From contig OZ024741.1 in assembly GCA_964016885.1 (NCBI GenBank), positions 341,620,001 through 341,684,000 on the forward strand: DNA of 64,000 nt, given 5' to 3'. This document shows positions 53,986 to 64,000 of the stretch, piece by piece; position 1 is the stretch's first letter, and each line of letters starts with the position of its first letter. A program made the position numbers and the translations under genes. A model generated the notes under the pieces. It was not told where the DNA came from, did no database searches, and was given only the letters and a program-made list of their open reading frames with translations. Origin of the DNA: Eledone cirrhosa (taxonomy: Eukaryota).

Positions 53986-54687
53986 TTGTGTGCAGAGGAT
54001 CTGCACAGACTAGAGAGGAACGAAGCTTGCATGCTCCGCTGGATGTGTAATAGTAATATACGTGAACAGCAAAGCATAAATGAACTAAGTGAGAAATTAG
54101 GTATAAGAGGGATCAGATGCTGTTTACTTGAGAGAAGACTACGTTGGTATGGTCACGTGATGCACATGAAAGACGACAGCTGTATAAAAAAGTGCAGGGT
54201 GATCAAAATTGACGGAAGTTACGGAGTAGGCAGACCCAGAAAAACCTGGGATGATTTGTTAAATTCCGACCTTACACACTTACACCTCTCTAAGACAATG
54301 TCACTGGACCGAGACCTTTGGCGCTATGCAGTAATACAGAAGACCCGCTTTGCCTAAGTTTAAAGTGAAACCTACAGTCAGTGGGCACTTCTTAATCAAA
54401 TATACACCCTTTCCCCCTACCCGAACTCCCCACCCCCATCAACACCACCCCTTTCTCTGTAAAGTTATGTTGGTACCACAACATCCAGTCCTAAATAAAT
54501 GAAGTTGTGTAGGTGTCACGACAAAAAAACACACAGTCCATGCTGTAATGTGGCCGTGTAAGTAACATGGTAAAAACCTCCCAGTCCACACTGTAAACAT
54601 GGTTGGTGTTAGGAAGGGCACCAATCTTGCCTCAAGTGGAACAATTCCCATCTAAACCCTTGCTAGCGTGGAAGATAGATGTTAAAC

Positions 54688-54732
<45 letters not shown>
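53986..54732 (+). mobile_element. 5'-truncated RTE LINE: ORF C-terminus, 3'UTR and (GAT)n tail
   Basis: RLERNEACMLRWMC...ERRLRWYGHVMHM...GRPRKTW. The 3'UTR has ~47-bp internal repeats and a GTTAGGAAGGGCA...GTTAAAC(GAT)n end. Confidence 0.9.
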
Positions 54733-54811
54733 ATAGGGGAAAAAATGTTACGGTGAACTTCTATTTCTATAATGTTCAATTCTAATTCCTTTACATATAT
54801 TTATATAGTTC

Positions 54812-54960
54812 AAGGAGACAACAAACAGAGGTACAAAAAGTCTTATTAGTTTCACGCTTTATATTGGAAAGAGGAAAGAAATTTCAACGTGTTGGGCTTA
54901 AGCCCTTCTTCAGGAGTACAAAGAGAGACAGGATCACAATGGAGAAACAGAAAGAAGGTC
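54812..54960 (-). mobile_element. Short repeat with hammerhead-like remnant (Penelope pLTR-like); second diverged copy at about 59925-60040
   Basis: Minus strand CTGAAGA-A-GGGC-TTAA-GCCC-AACAC-GTT. TCTTATTAGTTTCAC is shared by both copies. Confidence 0.55.
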
Positions 54961-55056
54961 CAATGTCCAGTAAAGACACACAAAAAACGAAAATGAAGAG
55001 GGAAAACAAAAAAGCCGTTAAGTAGTCTTGGAAACGAGTAGGAACGCGAAGTGGAG

Positions 55057-55708
55057 TGTGTGTGTATTAGTATTGCTATATGTGTGTATTAGTATTGCTA
55101 TATGTGTGTGTATTAGTATTGCTATATGTGTGTATTAGTATTGCTATATGTGTGTGTATTAGTATTGCTATATGTGTGTATTAGTATTGCTATATGTGTG
55201 TGTATTAGTATTGCTATATGTGTGTATTAGTATTGCTATATGTGTGTGTATTAGTATTGCTATATGTGTGTATTAGTATTGCTATATGTGTGTGTATTAG
55301 TATTGCTATATGTGTGTATTAGTATTGCTATATGTGTGTGTATTAGTATTGCTATATGTGTGTATTAGTATTGCTATATGTGTGTGTATTAGTATTGCTA
55401 TATGTGTGTATTAGTATTGCTATATGTGTGTGTATTAGTATTGCTATATGTGTGTATTAGTATTGCTATATGTGTGTGTATTAGTATTGCTATATGTGTG
55501 TGTATTAGTATTGCTATATGTGTGTATTAGTATTGCTATATGTGTGTATTAGTATTGCTATATGTGTGTATTAGTATTGCTATATATGTGTGTATTAGTA
55601 TTGCTATATGTGTGTGTATTAGTATTGCTATATGTGTGTATTAGTATTGCTATATGTGTGTGTATTAGTATTGCTATATGTGTGTATTAGTATTGCTATA
55701 TGTGTGTG
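55057..55708. repeat. 22/24-bp minisatellite TATTAGTATTGCTATATGTGTG(TG), about 28 units
   Basis: Directly visible, mostly alternating 22- and 24-mers. Confidence 0.95.
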
Positions 55709-56336
55709 ATTTAAAGGTAAATTGTGTAAAGTAACAAAGATAGTGAGTGTATGCATATATCCATTGTTAGTGGTAGTGGGTATGTATGTGTGAGTGAGTG
55801 TAAGTTTGAATGTGTATACTCTTTATGAGTGTTGAAGTAATTTTGTGTGTGTGTATAAAGTATCGATAGTGTAGCATATGTTTGTGTGAGGAGTGGATTA
55901 GTATGTGTGAGTGTACGATAACTTTTAACGTATGTATGTTGAAGTTTATAATGTGTACGTGTAAAGCATCTAACTATGAAATGTATGTAAGCGTGTATGT
56001 ATTAACGAGTATGTGTCATAGGATAAAGGACGCAGTTTAGTGTGTGATAGAGAGTATATGAGAGAGCAGATTAAAAGAAGATGGGTGGTGCATTAAGGTA
56101 AGGGGGAAGAAAGGTGTGTGAGGAGAAAATAAGTTGCTGTTTCCTCCACCAGCGCAAGTCAAGGGGTCCAGCACATATATATATAGATAGATACATAAAT
56201 AGATAGATAGGTATACATGTGCATATAGATATACATATACATACACATATGGTTACACATAAAGATTCATATACATATATATACATACACGTGTGTGTGT
56301 GTGTGTTTATATATACGTATATATATATATATATAT

Positions 56337-56519
56337 ATATTCATTTTATTAAGGCTAACTAGTGAGTCTTGTTACTCTGGAGTTTTGCCTACTTTTCACA
56401 GGGTTAGAGAAGCAAAAAACTCCAGAGTAACAAGATTCACTATTTAACCTTAATAAAAGGAATATTTAAACTCTACTTCGGTATTGAGTACTCTTTTCTC
56501 TCGGCTCTCAACTACATAT

Positions 56520-56520
<1 letters not shown>
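56337..56520 (+). mobile_element. Fold-back mini-element C
   Basis: Arms 56344-56386 and 56416-56458 (40/43 matches). AATAAA, then the shared motif at 56470-56493. Flanked by (TA)n. Confidence 0.65.
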
Positions 56521-56576
<56 letters not shown>

Positions 56577-56624
56577 AATATATTATATATATATATATAT
56601 ATACCCCCACACATACATCCAGTG

Positions 56625-57100
56625 AAGCCTCCAGCCCACACTGTAAAGTGCTCATGATGGTAACATGACAAAAAGCGCCCAGCCCACACTGTAAAGTGGT
56701 CGTGTAGGTGTCACAACAAAACTCACTAAGTACGCACTACCTTCCCCTCCCTTTCCGTTCCATACACCTCCCATGTCTTAAAACCACACCTTCACCAGAT
56801 AGCCCCCCCCCCCAACCTCGATCTACCTCTCCAATCATCATACACCTTCCCCACCCCAGCCCCTAGTCCACACTTTAAAGTGGTTGTTTTGGTGCCACAA
56901 CAAAAAGCAGCCAGTCCACACTGTAAAGTGGTTGTGTTGGTGACATGACAAAAAGCTCCCAGTACACATTGTAAATGTGGTTGGCATTAGGAAGACCATC
57001 CAGTCACAGAAACCAAGCCAAAGTCAGTCCTGTATGAGCAAGAAAATTCATGTAACCCATGCCAGCTTGGAAAATGGACATTAAATGGTGATGATGATAA
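56625..57100 (+). mobile_element. RTE 3'UTR fragment with ~47-bp internal repeats and GAT tail
   Basis: Repeated CCACACTGTAAAGTGG...ACAAAAAGC blocks and a tail like that at 54580-54732. Confidence 0.75.
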
Positions 57101-57586
57101 TATATGTGTATGTGTATGTCACTATCAGACAGTGTGTGCATGGAAAAGTTGAAGTGTACTAAGCATGTGTGCTTAAAGTGTTACTGTATTGATGTGAGTC
57201 ATGGAGATTTGTGATATGTTAATAACTGCCTCAGTACAAATCTTTAGAAGATGACCTTCACAAAACTAGAAAGAGCATGGCTAGTTAGGAAGTTGCAAGT
57301 ACAATCCATTAATGGGGCTATAAAAATATGTAAAACATTTAAGAAATTCAGCATATAATAACTGCATATGCACATGTATTGACACAGAAACACATGCATT
57401 TGTACACATATAACACAAAGCATACATATCTAAATATGTAATAACATCCATACCAGCAAACATACATATACATGCATTTATATATACATACATACATTCA
57501 TTTATATATACATCTATTCATATATGTATATATACCAGGTCCCCTGCTCTATAGTCTGGTGGGCACTTAAGTAGTTCGGTGTAAAC

Positions 57587-57720
57587 CAGGCATGGGCAAC
57601 CTTTTACAAGCAGTGCACCACATTACTAAAAAAGTTCAAGGCCATTTTGAAATGAAGCATGCCATTCAGAAATCCAAATGGGCTGCATGCAGCTCACAGG
57701 GCACAGTTTGCCTATGAATG
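57587..57720. mobile_element. 134-bp hAT MITE
   Basis: Ends CAGGCATGGGCAA and TTGCCTATGAATG (10/13 inverted match). 8-bp TSD GTGTAAAC/GTGTAGAC. Confidence 0.75.
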
Positions 57721-57897
57721 GTGTAGACAAATGGTTTGTGAGGGCTGGGAGATTGCAATTAGTACAGTGAGGAATTTGAAGTGCTAGAGGATGTCCAACT
57801 GGGCTTAGTTCAGCCCACTTCTGTTTATCATAGTCCAGGCCATCACTGAGTAGTTTAAAACTAGCACTCCATGGAAACTTCTATGTTGATGATGTAG

Positions 57898-58132
57898 TCC
57901 ATATTTCTAATGAATAACACTACCTAGGATTTTCAAATGATTTCGAAAAAAATCAATTATTTGGAAGGATTTAGTGATATTACTGACTTTCTCATTGTTA
58001 ATCTGGTGTTTGGAACATAACAGAGGTTCTTACACACAATTATGATGGAAGATTTGTAGATTAATATAAACACTTTAAAATAAACAGCTTTGTATCATAG
58101 ACTTGTTGGCAGTTTGGTATTAAAAGGGTGAA
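57898..58132. mobile_element. piggyBac-like MITE copy (same family as 2579-2832)
   Basis: Shares CTGGTGTTTGGAACATAAC and ATAAACACTTTA..TAAACAGCTTTGTAT, and ends AAAAGGG. Confidence 0.65.
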
Positions 58133-58237
58133 AGTGTCACAAAAACAACAGAGTGAGTGAAATGTTGAGAAGTTGAAAAGATTAACACATAACCATATCA
58201 GGAATATGAGAATAATGGATACAATGGAATGGAAAGA

Positions 58238-58590
58238 TGGTGGTCAAACAATATGGTGGGGGGTGGAAGGGGGGTTCAAACAATATGGTGGGGGGTGGAA
58301 GGGGGGTTCAAACAATATGGTGGGGTGGAGGATGGGGTGGAGGATGGGGTAGAGGATGGGTGGGGTAAGGGGGGGAACAATATGGTGGGGTGGAGGATGG
58401 GGTGGAAGGGTGGGGGAGGGTGGAAGAAGTACGGGGAGGGGGAGGAGATGGGAAGATAGGGGGGTGTAGGGGCAGGGAGGTAGGTGCGGGGGGAGAAGGG
58501 GGTAGGAAGAGGAGATGGGAGAGGGAAGAGGGCGTGGAAGAGCAGGAGGGGTAGTAGAATGGAAGGAGGAGGAGGTGGTGGTGGTGGTTA
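58238..58590 (+). repeat. G-rich low-complexity tract
   Basis: Duplicated TCAAACAATATGGTGGGGGGTGGAAGGGGGG and GGATGGGGTGGA repeats with many G3+ runs. Confidence 0.8.
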
Positions 58591-59130
58591 ATTCATATCT
58601 GATGGATTCTCAGTAATTATTTTAAAAGATAATAAATTATTAAAGGTCAGGCCATAAGAGAAGTGAAGCAGAGAGGTTAGGGACAATTTAAAAGGAAGGG
58701 AAAATCGGACCTAACCACATAAAAGAACTGACAGCAAAATTATTGTTTGGTAACAACACAGAATTGAAGAATGAAAGAAAGAGAGAATGGGAGAACAAAA
58801 GAATATGAGTACAACAGAATGGTGTATGGATCATTTGATAAAGTAGTTTAGTCAGTTTAGTCAGTGAGAATTTCTACAGTTTGATCTTTGATACCGATTG
58901 CTGTCTATAAAGCAAGCTTTGGGGAGGTTTTTATGCACTATCAGTTTTATCTACTTCTTCACATACTAGCTTCCATTATAATACTTTCATCTTCATCACA
59001 GTGATATCTGTGTAGCTGTATGTATCTGTGTATCTATGTGTGTGTGTGTATTTGTTTATGAGAATGTGTGTGTCTATATGTGTATATGTGTATGAGTGTG
59101 TATGTATGTGTATGTGTGTATATGTGTAGG

Positions 59131-59372
59131 TATGGGTGTGTGAACATGTGTATGCATTTATGTGTATGGGTGTGTGAATATGTGTATGCTTTTATGTGTA
59201 TGGGTGTGTGAACATGTGTATGCAGCTATCTGTATGGGTGTGTGAACATGTGTATGTGTTTATGTGTATGGGTGTGTGAACATGTGTATGAATTTATGTG
59301 TATGGGTGTGTGAACATGTGTATGCGTTTATGTGTATGGGTGTGTGAACATGAGTATGCATTTATGTGTATG
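59131..59372. repeat. 34-bp minisatellite TATGGGTGTGTGAACATGTGTATGCATTTATGTG, about 7 units
   Basis: Period 34 (59131, 59165, ...). Confidence 0.9.
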
Positions 59373-59508
59373 TGTGTATGTATGGGCATGTATAGGTATG
59401 AGTATGTGTGTATGTATGTGGGTGTATGTATAGGTAAGTGTATATGTGTATGTATGCATGCACTTACACACTCTGCTGACATATACAATTATGCTCACAT
59501 AAACAGGA

Positions 59509-59633
<125 letters not shown>

Positions 59634-59718
59634 CTTTTCCTGGATTAGATACATTGTCAGATTCTGAGACTAGACAAGCAGGTCAAACAACTGTGTCATA
59701 TGTTCCATTTTGGTAGAT

Positions 59719-59811
<93 letters not shown>

Positions 59812-60475
59812 AGAAAGAAAGAGAGAGGGGGAATTCAGAACGTGACAACCCATCTAACACATACAACATGAAATGGAAAATAGATGTAAAATGATTCTAT
59901 ATATATAAATATTATTCATGAATAAAAAGACAAACACAGAGATGCACCAACACAAAATCTTATTAGTTTCACATTTAGGAATAAAGACAAATCAATGTTT
60001 CAAAGTATTGGGCATTGGTCCTTCCTCGAAAAAGACCAAAGATTGGAGAGAGGAGGATGAAGGGAAAATTGAGGTTGGAAGGTTGGAAAAAAAAGAGAGG
60101 GAGCTGCACTTGTGTGTGTGTGTGTAGGGGGGGGGGGGTATTTTTACAAACAGAAGCAGAACACATGATCTTTAATCAACAATGAAACCGATAAGTCCTT
60201 TAGTATGGATATCTAGGGCCTTCCAAACTAAAGGTTGTGTATGTCAAAGACATGACAATCTCCCTAGTGTTAGGGGCCACGATAGAATGTCTTTGGTAGA
60301 GTGTAGGGAAAGAACACGAGATGTGGAACCCCAACCCTTCTGATCAGTAGCTTTGCTTGAGTACTGACTTGGTCTGTGGTTACCTGTCCAACACTTGCTA
60401 GCAGGTAAGACAGGCATTAAATGTTGATGATAATGACATTTACACCTATGTATACATATATATATTTAGTTGTAT

Positions 60476-60805
60476 GTGAAAGCACATGGCTTTGTGGTTA
60501 GAGCTTTGGATTCATGTGTTGTGAGTTTGATTCCCAGATTGGGTGATGCATTATGTTCTTGAGCAAGACACTTTATTTCATATTGCTCCAGTTCACTTAG
60601 CCAGAGAAATGAGTTGTGATATAACAAGTGCCAAGCTGTTATCAGCTTCTGCCTTTCCGTTGGACAACATCAGTAGTATGGAGAGGGGAAACTGGCATGC
60701 ATAGAAGACTGCTGGTCTTCCACAAACTGGATTCATGCCTCAGAAGGGAACCTTTCTAGGTGCAAATTCCATGGTCAATTGTGACCTAAGGGGATCTTTA
60801 CCCTT
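60476..60805 (+). mobile_element. CORE-like SINE with a different 3' tail
   Basis: Head and CTTGAGCAAGACACTTTATTTCA as in family B, but an unrelated tail ending CTTTACCCTTT. TSD TATATATTTAG(T/C)TGTAT at 60459-60475 and 60806-60822. Confidence 0.8.
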
Positions 60806-62386
60806 TATATATTTAGCTGTATTTGGTTAAAATTATTCATTATATTGCTTAGACACTATAAATATAGTATTAAATAAAACAGCAATTGGAGAAAGGGAAA
60901 ACAATGAATTTGAGAAAAGAAATATGTATTTTCCTTTGTTTTTATTCTATTCATCAAAAAGAAGGAAAAGCTGAAAAGAAAACTTAAACTTTGTACAAAT
61001 GCTATAAACACTCACAGTTGTCGTGGCAGGCGATAATGACTTGTGTGTATGAATGTGTATATATATATTATATATAATTGCTCTGCTTAAATTCGCACAC
61101 TAAATATTAATGCACAAGCATCGAGCACGAATACATCTGCTTATAGCAATTAATTATCTGTATCGTCTCTTTCTATAATGCTTCTTCTCTCTATTCTCTC
61201 TCATGATACTGTAATATGTTATATCTATCTCTCTATATATATATGTGTGTGTATGTGTAAGCATATATGTGTGGGTGTATATATATATATACGTATATGT
61301 GTGGGCTTATGTGTATGCATATGTTTCTATGTATGTGTATGCATATATGAATTTGTGTATGTGTGTGCATGTGTGTAGATGTATGTGTGTGCATATATGT
61401 GTGGGTATATGTGTGTGCATATGTGTGTGGGTATATGTGTGTGGGTATATGTGTGTGCATATATGTGTGGGTGCATGTGTATGCATATATGTGTAGGGTG
61501 TATGTGTATGCATATATATATGTAGGGGGCAAGCATGTGTTTGTATATCTGTATACACAGATTCACACTCTCACTTTGACATTCGTTCTTTCCTCTCCAT
61601 CACTGTCACCCTTTACCTGCTACTCTGCTCAGTACACATGCTTCTCTGTCAACCTATATTTTAATTTTCCTCATATTTTCTCAAATGTGACACCAGACCA
61701 AACAACCAAAATATATTAAAGATAAATGTGAATATACCAGTGTTAGTAAACTCCTCCCCAAGCCCTGCTCCCTTTTATAGGGACTAGATATATTCCCTTG
61801 CTCCCGTATATCAAAGATAAGCACATTTCTTAGCAATTCAAAGAAGGCCGGACAAACAAATATGGTTTTTAATCACATTTGAATTAAATCTTTCGATACC
61901 ATATTTCTATGTTTGTAGAGATATAAATACACACATATACACATGCATGTATACATATACACAGACCTACATATGCACTGACATGCATGCACACACACAT
62001 ATGCCTACCAACACATCTGCACACACACATACAGAAACATACAAACATGCACACACACAGTTCAATGACCCTGACCGACCACTAATTAATTAATATCAAT
62101 TATGTCTCCAGCCTCTCCAAAATTTAACCTTTTAATATTAAATCAATTCATTTATTAATTTATTTATTTATTTGTCTTGTTTTACAAAAAATCTTCAAAT
62201 GGTGTAGGATTAACCTGTGTGGTTAATAGGTTCACTTTATAACCACATGTCTTTGTGTTCAGTCCTACTACACGGGACCTTGGGCAAGCATCTTCTACAA
62301 TAGCCAGAGTTTGACAATTGCTTTTATGTCCATTTTTCCATGTGCAGATTTGCTAATATGTGTGTGTGTGTGTGTGTATAAAACAC

Positions 62387-62628
62387 GGAAGCACATGGTA
62401 AGGGTGTTGGACTTATGACCATAATGTTGTGAGTTCAATTCCTGGACTGGGTTGTGTGTTGTGTTCTTGAGCAAAACATTTCGTTTCGTGTTGCTCCAGT
62501 ATACTCAACTGAAAATAAGTACCAGCAATAGCTGGAAGTTTAACCTTGCGATTGTCTGGCATCCTGTCCAGGGGGGAGTATTGTACTCTCAGTACAAACT
62601 AGCCTGCTGAACCTCCGGGCTTGAGACA
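62387..62628 (+). mobile_element. CORE-like SINE with a third tail type
   Basis: GAGTTCAATTCC B-box, GTTCTTGAGCAAAACA, then CTTGCGATTGTCTGGCATCCTGTCCAGGGGG. Confidence 0.7.
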
Positions 62629-62629
62629 T

Positions 62630-63064
<435 letters not shown>

Positions 63065-63070
<6 letters not shown>

Positions 63071-63290
63071 ATGTAAAATCCTGACATCAGCACCAAGCAG
63101 TTTTGGCTTGAGCGTTCAGCAAGCCTTTTCAATGGTGTAGTCGCTACACTCTTGAAAAGGTTTGTTGAACACACAATCCAAAAGTGCTTTGCCCAGCAGT
63201 CAGGATTTTACATCTCTCTATACCCACTCTGCATCTCCCCATGTATCAAGTACTCCCATGATTAGTGGTCTCCTCAGCATCATACAATCT
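63065..63290 (+). mobile_element. Fold-back mini-element D
   Basis: Imperfect 155-nt hairpin 63065-63219 centred on TCG (63141-63143). Shared motif at 63226-63255. Confidence 0.65.
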
Positions 63291-63442
63291 CTCCCTCTCT
63301 CTCATATATATATATATTCTCCGAATTTCCAATCTTTTGTGAAGCGAAACCGTCGGTAATAGCATTTTGGACAGGTGAATATTTAAATCGTATTTTAATT
63401 TATTTAAAAGATTGTTTAATGTTTGCTTGTTCCGCTCATCTC

Positions 63443-63486
<44 letters not shown>

Positions 63487-63488
<2 letters not shown>

Positions 63489-63642
63489 TCATCATCATCG
63501 TTTAACGTCCATCTTCCATGCTAGCATGGGCTGGACGGGTTTGTCCCACTTAAGGCAAGATTGGTCAAGTGACCGTGTCTCACTTGTATAGAGCTGTTTC
63601 TAGGTTTTCTACGGCTGGATGCCCTTCCTAACACCAACCACA
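63487..63642 (-). mobile_element. RTE/SINE 3' tail fragment
   Basis: (CAT)n-CGTTTAACGTCC..TTCCATGCTAGCATGGG...GGATGCCCTTCCTAACACCAACC. Confidence 0.75.
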
Positions 63643-64000
63643 TTATATATTTATAGTTTTCCAATGTTCGTATGATTCAGCTAATCCCTTACCCTAACCT
63701 AGGGCTAAATAACAACAACAACACATACACATAAACACACACATAAGCACACACACAAACACGCACATACATACACACATACATACACAAACACATACAC
63801 ACAGAAACACACACACACACACACATACATACAAACACACACACAGACCCCAGACACACGTGTTCCATTCCTCATCTTCCTACCATCTGATGGAGAAAAA
63901 TATGTTTGTTTAATAATTAAATATAATTAATTATATTTAAACAATTGCCTTCTGTAGTTACACAGTCACACACACACACATACACACATATATATACATA

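Noticed and set aside
60170-60440. Additional SINE or RTE-tail remnants
   Set aside because: Too degenerate to assign boundaries or family.
63680-63710. Telomeric repeat
   Set aside because: Only two or three degenerate CCCTAA-like units.

Overview
Eukaryotic, repeat-dominated window with no intact host gene that I can support. The SINE, RTE and MITE repertoire and the heavy (TA)n/(CA)n load suggest a coleoid cephalopod, probably an octopod (inference). About 41.3 kb (6.4-47.8 kb) is a single satellite array of roughly 1,115 copies of a 37-bp unit, CCAAAACCAGCTAAACCACCAATTGATACTAACCTAC. The array has irregular higher-order blocks and a layered structure. Both flanks are a graveyard of transposable elements: an RLE-type LINE 3' end with nested insertions, RTE and Penelope-like fragments, a mariner end, hAT and piggyBac-like MITEs, tRNA-derived SINEs, and mini- and microsatellites. 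The most notable signals are: (i) four fold-back mini-elements with dissimilar stems that share one flanking motif (ACTCTRC-N5-11-TATYRAGTRCT), some with hammerhead-ribozyme remnants; (ii) a TACTAAC (branch-point/STAR-protein motif) in the consensus satellite unit; (iii) the internal duplication architecture of the satellite. The ORFs in the track are microsatellite artefacts, TE fragments or short unassignable frames.
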